A stretch of DNA of 62,968 nt, filler included, from Folioceros fuciformis (taxonomy: Eukaryota): the NCBI GenBank assembly GCA_049999805.1. It is 9 parts of 9 records of this genome, joined end to end, with 100 filler letters (N's around TTAATTAATTAA, not from the genome) between each part and the next. Parts side by side here need not be neighbours in the genome. Positions count along the whole stretch, not along the records: positions 7,433 to 23,361 come from JBNGIO010001973.1; positions 23,462 to 26,775 come from JBNGIO010001974.1; positions 26,876 to 32,519 come from JBNGIO010001975.1; positions 32,620 to 40,178 come from JBNGIO010001976.1; 5 more parts are not named here. The stretch is one strand, 5' to 3'. Made by a program: the position numbers and the translations under genes. Under the pieces are notes generated by a model. The model saw only the letters and a program-made list of their open reading frames with translations, had not been told where the DNA came from and searched no databases. Position 1 is the stretch's first letter. Each line of letters starts with the position of its first letter. This document shows positions 22,566-33,764 of this stretch, one piece after another.

Positions 22566-23361
22566 TGTGGAGGCAAAACCCCGGGCACTGATTGCCGACG
22601 GGTTCCACCTTTAGTGACCACACTTATCCCACTGTCGTTGAGACATTGGGTTTCGTTCCCACGAAGGAGCGATGGGGTTCCTTGCTGCTGTGGATGGAGG
22701 GTCGGACTTGATCAACTCGATGATGGATTCGAGGGCTCCCCTCCAGCTCCAATCAGGCGTAGGACAGGCCTCGCTGTCCGGCGGTCAGCTGCACCTCTCT
22801 CGGTGCCCACAAACTCACTCCAGTCACTACAACGACTCTAACCTCTCAGATCTGCGACTTCCTTCACTCACTCTCTCGCTCCAACACCAACACCAACAAC
22901 TACCAGCAACCAGCAACGACACCACTACCTTGTACACTTCCCTACGGACTCCTCCTACCCGGCAAGAGTCACTAGACTAACCCCAAACAAAAGGAAGAAG
23001 GGAACACACTCCCCTCTTGGGTATCTCCTCCCCAAAACCTTACCAGACGCCATGAGACATGGCCGGCCTACAGCACTTGACCAAGCAAGGAACAAGAGTG
23101 GACAGGTCGAGAGAAAGACACACCCTTTACAATCAAGAGCTAGGGGCAAGCCCCTTCACCCTGGTCATTACACCTTGTGATCCTACCAGACACTACACAA
23201 CCGGCAACACGCTGCCCGCGATCCTACCAGACACTGTACAGCCGGCAACACGCTGCCTGCGATCCTACCAGACACTGTACAGCCGGCAACACATGGCTTG
23301 CGATCCTACCAGACGTTGCACAGCCGGCAACACACTACAGGTCCTAAACCAAGCAGGGACA
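22566..23361 (-). repeat. Family-B Gypsy LTR, 3' part (ends ..GCCTCCACA), with a 41-bp x4 array at 23179-23342
   Basis: Reverse-complement matches to 23462-23712, 26627-26775 and ~58880-59130. Confidence 0.8.
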
Positions 23362-23461
23362 NNNNNNNNNNNNNNNNNNNNNNNNNNNNNNNNNNNNNNN
23401 NNNNNTTAATTAATTAANNNNNNNNNNNNNNNNNNNNNNNNNNNNNNNNNNNNNNNNNNNN
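23362..23461. other. Artificial contig spacer
   Basis: N44-TTAATTAATTAA-N44. Confidence 0.98.
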
Positions 23462-23712
23462 GAGTTTGTGGGCACCGAGAGAGGTGCAGCTGACCGCTGG
23501 ACAGCGAGGCCTGTTCTATGCCTGATCGGAGCTGGAGGGGAGCCCTCGAATCCATCATCGAGTCGATCAAGTCCGACCCTCCATCCACAGCAGCAAGGAA
23601 CCCCATCGCTCCTTCGTGGGAACGAAACCCAATGTCTCAACGACAGTGGGATAAGTGTGGCCACTAAAGGTGAAACCCGTCGGCAATCAGTGCCCGGGGT
23701 TTTGCCTCCACA
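23462..23712 (+). repeat. Family-B Gypsy LTR 3' end, abutting Copia pol
   Basis: Ends TTTTGCCTCCACA at the same base as the 22566 copy; no PBS follows. Confidence 0.8.
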
Positions 23713-25915
23713 TCTAGATGTCCTATATGTACATGGGTTTGACTAAAAACCTTGTATCTGTGCGGAAAATTGACGAGTCTGGGTGTTTCATTTGCTTCGG
23801 AGGCGGCAGATGCATTGTGGAATCACCCAAGGGTGCTCTGCTGGCAACAGGCCACCTACAGGCAGATGATCTATATCACCTGGATCTTCAACCAGGTTTA
23901 GCAAGCGCGTTGAGTACCTCACAACATTATGCACAGCCATCACAAACCTACCTCTGGTGCCTCCGCCTAAGTCATGTGAATTTCAGGAAGCTTCTACAAA
24001 TGCAGAGAGAGAAGCTTATCGAAGGACTCAGCCTGGATGTTGTCCAAGACTTTGGCGCGTGTGAAGCTTGTGTCATGGGGAAGCACAAGAAGGCAGCTTT
24101 CCCCGCGGATCCTACCACAAGGGCCACCAAACCACTCGAGTTAGTTCATACTGATGTGTGTGGCCCTCTCCCTTGCTCACTTGGAGGCAAGGAGTATTTC
24201 CTTACCTTCATCGACGTCTTCACTCGGTTTTGCATGGTGTATTTCTTACTTCGCAAGTCCGACACATTCTCTTGTTTTGTGGAGTTTCTTCGATGGGCAA
24301 AACTGTAGATTGGGCACAAGCTGAAAACCTTGCGATCAGATAATGGCAGGGAGTATCTATCCAAGGAATTCAAGGCATTCTGCAAATCCAATGGGATCTC
24401 TTGTCAGCTTACTACTCCGTACACCCCTCAACAGAACGGAATAGCTAAACTTGGGAACTCGAGACTTCTGCCTTCAGCATGCTGCATTATGCAAAGTTGC
24501 CCAAAAGTTACTGGGCGGAGGCTGTGGGTTACGTTACTTACATTCAAAATCGTATCCCACACAAGGCAGTGAAGGGTGCCACTCTGTACGAGCTATGGAT
24601 GGGAAAGAAGCCAACAATAGCTCATCTTCGTGTCTTTGGCTCTATGGCGTATGCACAAGTGTCCAAGGACGTCCGAAGAAAGTTTGAGCTGAAGTCTCGA
24701 CCTTGCATCTTTCTGGGGCTTACAAACGACATTAAACGTTACAAGCTGATTAACAAGCAGACTCGTCAGATCATGCATTCTCGTGATGTAGTCTTTGTTG
24801 AAGGAGTCGAAGCTTTGCAAACAGTGGGAGCCAGTGGGAGCACAAACCTGTCTTTTTTAGACAGCGACAGTGAGCAAGAGGACTTCCTGGTTGGAGACAT
24901 ATCAATTCCACTGCAGCCACCTCACATACCTGCACAGGTGGCACCAAATGCATAGGTTACAGTGCCTCCACAAGCACCACTGAGGACTCAGCTACCTCAT
25001 GTGCAGTCACCTAGCATGCACACACCAGCTAGGACCCCTAGACGGGCAGTTAGCAACAGGGATATTAGTGGCTCACCTCGGGTCACGTTCGACTTGGATT
25101 TCGAAGATGCAGTGTACACGCCTGCATCTGAAACCGTGCAGTCGAGGAGGAAACCAAAGCACGGGCATTTGGCACCTAGGCGCTCAGCTCGGACACATCA
25201 TCCACCAGATTTTTATGTACCAGAAGACAGCAGACATCATGAGTCACATATGACCTACTACTTAGCTGCAAATACAAGTCTGTATGAGCCATCCACTTAT
25301 GAGGAGGCTTTAAGTTGTCCAGATGCTACACAGTGGCAGCAAGCTATCAATTCTGAGCTGGCATCCTTGTATGAGAACAACACCTGGAAACTTGACAGCC
25401 TGCCTGCAAATAGAAAAGTAGTGGGGTCAAAATGGGTGTTTAAATTGAAGCTCGAGGTGGATGGTACAATAGCAAGGTACAAAGGAAGGGTGGTAGCAAA
25501 GGGGTACTCACAGATACCCGGCATCGACTTTGATGACACTTTTAGCCCTGTAGTAAAACTTACTACACTCAGAATGTTCATTGCCCTTGCAGCAATTAAG
25601 AACCTGGAGTTAGAACAGCTCGATGTCACAACCGCCTTTCTGTATGGCAACCTAGAAGAGGAAATTTTCATGCAAGTTCCTAAAGGAGTCACTGTGCCAG
25701 CAGAACTGCCTCAGCTAGTATGCAGATTACAAAAGACCCTGTACGGGCTCAAGCAAAGCCCTAGGGCTTGGTACTCTCGCATCGACACATACTTGAAGGA
25801 GTTAGGCTTTACCAGCATCAATGCAGACAACAACGTGTATATTAAGCAAGAAGGTGCGAATTTCCTAGCTCTGGCTATCTACGCGGATGATATTATCATA
25901 CTGAGCAGAATGTAA
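23713..25915 (+). mobile_element. Decayed Copia pol fragment (pre-integrase, integrase, RT N-terminal half)
   Basis: LVHTDVCGP, RSDNGREY, WAEAV, KWVFKLK, LYGLKQSPRAW, IYADD; contains stops and frameshifts. Confidence 0.92.
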
Positions 25916-26775
25916 AGTACCTGGCACAAGATGGCGATGTACTTGAGCAAGATCTAGCTTATGTTGAGGAGTATCCATCGATGAATGGGTCTTTCCAGTT
26001 GAGGGTATTGGATGGTGATTTGTTGCCAACTAGGGTCAATGGTTGGCAAGTCAAGAAGTACTATCAACCATGAGAGGGTTAGTTGTTTGCGAGGACGCAA
26101 ACAGCTGAGAAGGGGGGCATGTGAACCTCCAAAGTTTGGGGTAGTAGTTTGTTTTGGTTGAAAAAGGGTTAATAGTGGTATGGTTTGGTTTTCTTTTTCT
26201 ACTTCTTTTTCCTAAATTTTCTTTATTTTTTTTGTTATTTTTCCTATTTCTCTTTGTGCTAATTAGGTTAATTGACTAGGAAATAGTTGGTTTGGTTATT
26301 AAAGTGGGTACAGGTCTGGTTCCAGACCTGGGAAAGTTTAGGTCCGGTACTGGGCCATAGGGTTATGAAAGCCCAATGTGCTTAGACTAATGTAATTAGT
26401 CTAAGATTAGTGTCTAATTAAGTATCATCAGTTTAGGAAGCTTCTTGCATAGCTTCCTGTGAGCTTCTTGTGAAGCTTCCTTGGGAGCTTTTCTAGAGGG
26501 TATAAATACCCTCTTGAGCTCCCTTTGCAAGAGGGATGTGAGAGACACTGTGAGACCTCTTTCTCCTCTCCTCCTCTCTTCCTCTCCTCTTCTCTTTCAT
26601 CATGTGGCTCCCTTTCCGATCCTTCAAGGATCACAAGGTGTAATGACCAGGGTGAAGGGGCTTGCCCCTAGCTCTTGATTGTAAAGGATGTGTCTTTCTC
26701 TCGACCTGTCCACTCTTGTTCCCTGTTTGGACAAGTGCTGTAGGCCGGCCATGTTTCATGGCGTCTGGTAAGGTT
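25916..26775 (+). mobile_element. Family-B Gypsy 3' end: integrase tail, hairpin, PPT 26107-26119, LTR from 26120 (chimeric)
   Basis: LLPTRVNGWQVKKYYQP*, then GAGAAGGGGGGCA and TGTGAACCTCC. The LTR matches the reverse complement of 40311-40553. Confidence 0.85.
26358..26626 (+). repeat. Copia-type LTR segment embedded in the family-B Gypsy LTR
   Basis: Highly similar to 47690-47926, including TATAAATACCC; ends CCGATCCTTCA. Confidence 0.7.
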
Positions 26776-26875
26776 NNNNNNNNNNNNNNNNNNNNNNNNN
26801 NNNNNNNNNNNNNNNNNNNTTAATTAATTAANNNNNNNNNNNNNNNNNNNNNNNNNNNNNNNNNNNNNNNNNNNN
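26776..26875. other. Artificial contig spacer
   Basis: N44-TTAATTAATTAA-N44. Confidence 0.98.
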
Positions 26876-26981
26876 GATTGGGTGGGCAGGAAGTCTTCTT
26901 TTTGCTACTGTAGGAACTTGTGACCGAAGCGGTTTCGGAGATAATGTTTGTGGCCTTTGGCGGCTTGTACTCTTCCGCCAT
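26876..26981 (-). CDS. Possible start of an unidentified ORF cut by the contig end
   Basis: MAEEYKPPKATNIISETASVTSSYSSKKKTSCPPN, good ATGG context; no recognisable domain. Confidence 0.25.
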
Positions 26982-27525
26982 GCGATTTATGTATTTTGAC
27001 GACAGGCTGGCGCTTCTGTGTGCTGCCCTGTTGAATCCGGCAGCTCCGAATTGAGCTGTCATGCAAATCTGTCTGGCTGGTGTTCTCATCCGCAATCAGA
27101 GCTCGTGCAAGGGAACAGCTTTTGAAGAGGTGTGGGCTCCAGTAGTGCTAGTATTTCAGGGCCCTCTTATACTGCCATACCTGCCTTCCACCAAGCGCGT
27201 ATGTGTTGCCTGGGAGCGTCATGACATTGAGCCAACCAGGGCGCAAGTACAATGCGGCCTGGCTCCAGGAACGCGAACCATATCCCTCTCGAGGAGAAAT
27301 GGGGAGGCGTTTTGGGGACTCCCCACGTCCCACGAAGTGTCTCACTAGATGCACGCAGCGTAGTGCGTAATGACACGCCGGGGAATGATACGCCTTCTTC
27401 GATCCGATGACCGCTACCGCTTTGTGTAAGAGAAGAGCGATGTAAAACCTCAACTACACTCGACGAACGGTTGGTCTAACGCAGATCTCGAGGAGGCCGA
27501 GGCCGACGTCCCCCTTACTCCGACG

Positions 27526-27669
27526 CCACGGATTGTGCTCGAGTTACCTTGTATGAGAGCAACCTCCGTCATCGAGTCTCATTCTTAACTGTCCCACGGA
27601 TTGTGCTCGAGTTACCGTGTATGAGAGCAACCTCCGTCATCGAGTCTCATTCTTAACTGTCCCACGGAT
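27526..27669. repeat. 68-bp tandem duplication
   Basis: CCACGGATTGTGCTCGAGTTACC..TTAACTGTC x2, near-identical. Confidence 0.92.
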
Positions 27670-28175
27670 GTACAGGTTGGCCCGTTACATGACAGCATGA
27701 CTTTTCTCTCGTGAGTAATCTTCTTTGCAGTTCCGTTAAAAATGAATGGGATTCATGGTGCCTCACGACAGCATTCATATGACTGGGTTCACAAGAGGTC
27801 TCCTTTTCTTCGCAACAATGCTATGATGTCTTCTCCGCATACACCATGCTTTCTCTTCATGCACTGCGAGTAAGCCCTTCCACTTCAACTGTATTTGTCA
27901 CTCCTTACATGCTCAAGGTTGATAATCGTACGAGAAAAGCCGTGCCTTGACAAATAGGGTTTCGATTGTGCTGTGTTGACTAGAAGTGTAGGGGATACCT
28001 TAGAGATTATAACTGATCTACTTGGCTGCAGCAAACCATTTGTGCATAGGGCTGTTATTGACTTGTGCACAGGTATTGGTAAACATCTGCATGTCCGTTT
28101 TATGTTAAGTTACTGCGAGGCAAGAAATTCATCGACTGGCCATGGAGTTTTAGGCTTGGTGGGGTATATTTTAGC

Positions 28176-30600
28176 GTGACGATTGAAACGGTGAGAAAGC
28201 TGTGTCAGGAGGACCATCTCACTGATGCGGTTAAGGCTTTGGAAGTTCTACTGCAGACAGACGCTTTTGTTCCCAAATCTCTCTTTCATACTGTCCTGAA
28301 GAAGTCTGTGGTGGTTAAGGATGTTGTTTTGGGGAGTCGCATCCATGCTTTCATGGTGAAAAAGGGATTTTATGAGTCAGATACGTTCCTGGGCTTTCAC
28401 GTTCTGCGAATATATGCTTCTCATGGCAGGTTGCAAGACGCCATGGACGCTTTTGAGGCAGTTGCCAAACCTGATGCTTTCACGTGTCTGCCATTATCTC
28501 TGCTCATGTCAAGCATGGACAAGACAAGCAGGCGATACAACTGTATAATCGGATGCGCAGGTCCGGTGTCAAGGCCGATGAGCATGTGTTTGTGGCAGCC
28601 CTCCAGGCTTGTGCAAGAGGGTCAGACTTGTTAACTGGGCAGCAGGTGCATGCTGACGTGTTGGCCAGTAGTGTTAAGCTTGGTTTGTTCTTTTGGAGTT
28701 GCTTGGTGGACATGTACGCAAAGTGTGGCAACCTAGAAGACGCTCAAAGGGTATTCGATGGACTGGTTCAAAAGGATGTGGTGACATGGACTGCCATGAT
28801 AGCTGGGTATGCGCAGCAGGGCATGGGGTGGGAGGCCCTTCATCTCTACAGAGCTATGCTTGAAGAGGGTGTGGCTGTGCCCGATTCCATGACGTTTGTA
28901 TGCCTCCTGCAGGCATGTGCAAGTGTGGGTGCTCCGGCTCTGGAGAACGGGAGGCAATTGCATTTGCAGATTGTTGAACAAGGACATGAATGCGATGCAT
29001 TTGTAGCTACTAGTTTGGTAGACATGTATACAAAGTGTGGTAGCTTGGAGGACGCTGAAAGAGTATTCTACGGACTTGACCGAAGAAATGTGGTGGTATG
29101 GAATGCTATGATAGCCGGGTATTCCAAGGAGGGGATGGGGCAGGAAGCCCTCCGTCTGTACAGTGCTATGCAAGAAGATTGCATCACTGTACCCGATTCC
29201 GTGACTTTCGTGTGCCTCCTGCAGGCATGTGCGTGTGTCGGTACTCCGGCGTTGGACAATGGAAAGCAGCTCCATATGCAGATCAGAGAGCAAGGATACG
29301 AAAGTGATGTGTTTGTAGCCAGCAGTTTGGTAAATATGTATGCAAAGTGTGGCAGTGTTAGTGACGCTCAGAGAGTGTTTGATGCACTGGGTCGAAAGAA
29401 TGTGGTGACATGGAATGCCTTGATCGCAGGGTACGCGCAGGAGGGCATGGGGCAGAGGTCCCTTGCTCTGTACAGTGCTATGCAACAAGAAAGCTTAGAT
29501 GCACCCGATTCCGTGACATTTTTGTGCCTCCTGCGGGCATGTGCAAATGTGGGGCCCCCAGCTTTGAAGAAGGGGAAGCAACTTCACAAACAGGTCAGAG
29601 CACGAGGTTATGACGCCGATGCGTTTGTAGCCTGCAGTTTGGTAAACATGTAAGCCAAGTGTCGCAGCTTGCAGGATGCGGAGATAGTTTTTGATGGGCT
29701 TAGTCAAAAAGATGTGGTGACTTGGACTACCATGATAGCAGGATATTCCCAGGAGGGCATGGGGCAGGAAGCCCTGCGTTTCTACAGAGCTATGCTAGAA
29801 GAAGGCCTGGCGGTACCTGATTCCCTGACATTTGTCTCCCTCCTTCAGGCATGCGCAAATGTAGCAGCTCTGCATCTGGGAAGGCAGCTACATGTGCATA
29901 TTTTGGAACAAGGCTTGCAAGCCAACCTGTTTGTAGCTGACAGTTCGATTAACATGTATGGGAAGTCCGGGAGCCTTGTTGACGCCCAACAAGTGTTTGA
30001 TACGCTGACTGAAAAAAACCTCGTGACTTGGAATGCTCTAATTGCCGGCTACTGCTCGCAAGGGGAGAGTGAGGCAGTCTTTGACTTGGTGCGAAGAATG
30101 AGAGAGGAAAGCATAACGCCAGATAGCATCACATTCCTTAGCGTGCTCACAGTCTGCAGTCATACAGGTTTAGTGGAGAAGGGGTGGCACTTCTTTGAGG
30201 ATATGAGCCCAGCCTACAACATCACTCCAACGGAGGGCCACTACACATCCATGGTTGATCTGCTGGGCCGTGCAGGACAATTGGACGAGGCATTAGCTCT
30301 GGCACGATCAATGCCTGGACTCCCTAGCTCCGCTGTTTGGCACACGCTGCTGGGCGCTTGTCGAAAGTGGAGCAATGTCGAGGAGGGACGCCTGGCTTTT
30401 CACGAAGCAGTGATGCTTGAAAAGAGAGATTCTGCAGCATATCTGTTGTTGTCCAACATATACACTTGTGCCCAGATGTGGGAGCAGGCACTAATGGTGC
30501 AGGCAACAAGAAAAAGAGTGAGGGCTTGGAAGCAGCCGGGTCAAACTTGGTGGACAGACAAGGGCGGCTTTGTGCATAGCTTTTTAGTCGGGAATGAGAT
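28176..30600 (+). pseudogene. PLS-E PPR with a WW-type box, inactivated by one frameshift (~28486) and one stop (29651)
   Basis: Frames 28176, 28484 and 29669 are colinear PLS arrays, ending E1/E2 and WKQPGQTWWTD..VHSFLVG. Confidence 0.88.
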
Positions 30601-31299
30601 TCCTTTCCAAACTTTTGGGTATGAAGACATGTTATGGACTCGTGCCACTCTCTCGCCGCCCATAACTTCTCTTTGTACCCTAGACCCAGATGTCTGTATG
30701 TTTCAGGTGTATCCTATGTTTCAGATGTATACCGTGTTTTCACAGTCCGGAGTACTGCGGCACCATCACCGCCTTTAAGCAGGTGAAGATCCAGCCACGA
30801 GTGTGCGGTCATAAGTGAGGCGAGGTTATTAATACAGAGGCATAAACACAAATATAGAACAAAAATTATTCCAATTAAAACAACCCAACTGAAGAATTAA
30901 GCGCGCTCATTGGAGACTTCATAGGAAAACGGTTTCTTGTCCTGTTTCATGAACGCAGTGACAGAAGAAGAATATCCTGGAAGTACTAGGAAGTGACACG
31001 AAAGGAGAAAAGAAATAGAATAGTGCAGTCTACATTAAGCTCGAGTGGGTCTACAATAGGATTTTCAGCGGGGGCAAAAAGATGAAATGCCAGTTCAGAG
31101 GGTGTGACAGTGTAGACAGTCTGAACCGGTGGACGAATTTTACCCCAAGGATCCGTGCCATTGAAAATGTGGAGTCCCTAATAAAGCTCTACAAAACTGT
31201 GTGGTGTAAATCAAACTCAGGTGTCTACAAGATTGGTTCCGCCACCTGCATTCAACTGGAAAATCTCATCCACATCTTCACTAGGTATCACGGGCCTCA

Positions 31300-32519
31300 C
31301 TAATCATCCGGGTAGCTGAACTTGATGGAGTGAGACTGCAAGTCGATGGCGCCCCCTCTGTAAGTTCCCCGCTTTTTCTTCGTCTTCTCGTGCCGGAAGC
31401 TCCTGCGAGGGAGCAAAAGGCGAAGTTGTCAGCTGTTTCAGCACATCCTGGACACAGGGACTGCCAACAAATAAAAGCCGTTGAATCTCAGAACACTTAC
31501 TTTCCCTGCACACTCCCTAGTATTTCTTCCGCTTTCGCTCCCCACCCATTTATTGCTCCATCCTTTGTACCACAAGCAACATCCAAATCAGAGAACGGGA
31601 TGCGTTGCTCCAGCCAAAATAGCAGTACATTCCGATGTCTGGATCAGAAGACCGTAATTAAGCCTTTTGAGGTTGGTACCTTGGCCCAATAGGAGTTATC
31701 AGTCAGCCGGGGGTCCAAGATCTCCACCTGCAGTTGGAGTATACGTCATAAGTGGTGAGTAAACAATCCATTTCCACGGGCATAGTGACACCTTGCAATC
31801 TCCAAACCCGAAGACAGATTCCAAATTTCACAGACCTTTGCGGGATCTACCCTTCTGAAAGACCTCAAAACAGTATTCTGCACACGTATGACACATCTGC
31901 ACGTCAGTTTTTGAGAATCAACAACAGAACACCAGGTGTTTCTACAAACTTGATGGAAGACCTTACTTCCGGCGTCTTTTGGTTTTCCTTCTTCGCCTTC
32001 TTCTTCTTAGGAAGAGACTCAATCCCATCACTTAGAGCATTAGCATCAGCAGCAGTCTCCTCCTTCCCATCCTCATCATTCCTCTTCCTTTTCTTAACCT
32101 TATCTGTGATCCCCATTTCGCTGGCTTGTACCACGTCATCTGCCTTGATCTCCACATCAGCGACGGCAGGGGCAAAGCCTTCAGCTGAGAACCCATTTGT
32201 GCCATCCTTGCACTTCTTCACTTTCTTTTTGAAGGGAGTTGGAGCTGTAACCTCACTTTTCTGCAACCCGTTCCCCACGGATGTGGACCCAGATCCATTG
32301 GCATCCACTGCGTCGTGCGCTTTCCCTGAACCGTTTGCAATAACAGGTACAGGAAAAGGGCATGTTCCCTGTTTGTCTCCAGACTTCGTAATCTCATCCT
32401 GTACTTTCTTTGACTTCTTCCTAGAAGACGTTTGAGCTGCAATTGCTGATTCATCCGTTGCAAATGCGGATTCGTCCTTGACTGGCATATGGACATTCAC
32501 CCCTTCGTCAGTCCTTGCC
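31300..32519 (-). CDS. SRP40/Nopp140-like nucleolar protein, 3' exons (31967-32519, 31836-31877, 31680-31727, 31501-31562, 31300-31402)
   Basis: GT-AG splicing gives a Lys-rich region then FRRVD..[52 protein letters not shown], the SRP40 C-terminal domain. Confidence 0.92.
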
Positions 32520-32619
32520 NNNNNNNNNNNNNNNNNNNNNNNNNNNNNNNNNNNNNNNNNNNNTTAATTAATTAANNNNNNNNNNNNNNNNNNNNNNNNN
32601 NNNNNNNNNNNNNNNNNNN
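32520..32619. other. Artificial contig spacer
   Basis: N44-TTAATTAATTAA-N44. Confidence 0.98.
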
Positions 32620-32901
32620 TATTAATTTAATATCTATAAATTAATATTTTATTTTATTCTACCCGTAATATTACTTTATAACTTTATTAAAATGGCATAA
32701 AAATGAACCCTACAAAGACACATGGTCAGACTAGGAATCAAAAGGGCAAGAAATCTTGTGCTGCTAAGACTAAAGCAATGAGATAAACCTTGTTCTGGTT
32801 TTGAAAATCAAGCATTAAAAGTGATCTCATTTCTTCTCTATGGTACCTTGTGTTTCATGAGCTTCTCTATCTTCGACATAGGTTTGTGTTGTCTTGTCAC
32901 C

Positions 32902-33426
32902 ATGGTTGTTGTGAAATGCAAGGCTTGCACGATACATAAATACATCAATTCATTAGTGCTCGTAGTTCTGGTTCCTCATGTGGTTATTGCACAAAGCATA
33001 GTTTATAACTTTCAATGTGGTGGTGAAAGTGGTGATATAGGTATCAACAGCAACTGGGACCACATGTATCCATACAATGAAGTTAGAATTGCAATGGATA
33101 AGCTTGTTAGTGTCGTACCCACGTATTGGAATAGACGTGAGTCTTTCCAAAATCGAGGCAAGTTCATGAAAGTAAGAGGCTGGCATTTCTTTCCAACAGC
33201 GGATCCTACTACTTGTTCAGGATTTATTGTCTACATGGGTGGGTGCAAGGAATCCAACACTTGCATGACTCAAATGGAATGTTCTAAATGTGTTAGACTT
33301 GTTAGCACAACTCTGTTAATGAATTGTTTAGGACATACTGTTGGTGCTGCATATGCAAATGATTGTTTTGCTATGTATAGCGATACCTCTTATCTTCCTT
33401 CGCACCTGATGTGGCCTCCATTGTAA
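32902..33426 (+). CDS. Small Cys-rich, probably secreted single-DUF26 (Gnk2/stress-antifungal)-like protein
   Basis: Hydrophobic LVLVVLVPHVVIAQ, then VYMGGC..CSKC..LLMNC..GAAYANDCFAMYS resembling DUF26 cysteine spacing. Alternative ATG at 32857. Confidence 0.65.
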   Translation: MVVVKCKACTIHKYINSLVLVVLVPHVVIAQSIVYNFQCGGESGDIGINSNWDHMYPYNEVRIAMDKLVSVVPTYWNRRESFQNRGKFMKVRGWHFFPTADPTTCSGFIVYMGGCKESNTCMTQMECSKCVRLVSTTLLMNCLGHTVGAAYANDCFAMYSDTSYLPSHLMWPPL

Positions 33427-33764
33427 TGAAATGCTCTTCTAATTGAAGTATAAAGTTGATTCGATTTTATTCATGGGAAGGAAGGAAGGAAGGAATAGTG
33501 TTGATAAATGTGAATAAAAGTATTGAATATATAGTGAAAGAATTGTTTTTAATATGGCTGTATTATCAGTTTTGTTTTCATTGTAAATTAAGACGATTTG
33601 GCTGCGAATGCGATGTGAGGGATCGATTTTGAACCGTGAAGTGAGAAGAAGAGGTGGTGGGACGGGACAGAACGGCGACGAGGAGGGGGGAGCAGTTGTT
33701 TTTGTGTTTGAATGAAAGGGAGGCTGGCTATCCAGAGTGCTCGCAGTGCGTGCTTTCGCGAGCT

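Noticed and set aside
22566-23712. Large inverted repeat or TIR pair around 23.4 kb
   Set aside because: The arms are copies of one LTR family on different contigs separated by a spacer.
27148-27453. Minus-strand ORF as a gene
   Set aside because: No domain, non-ATG start and no splice support.
29651-29653. Premature TAA rescued by U-to-C editing
   Set aside because: This is a nuclear gene, the conserved residue is Tyr (editing would give Gln), and an upstream frameshift is also present.
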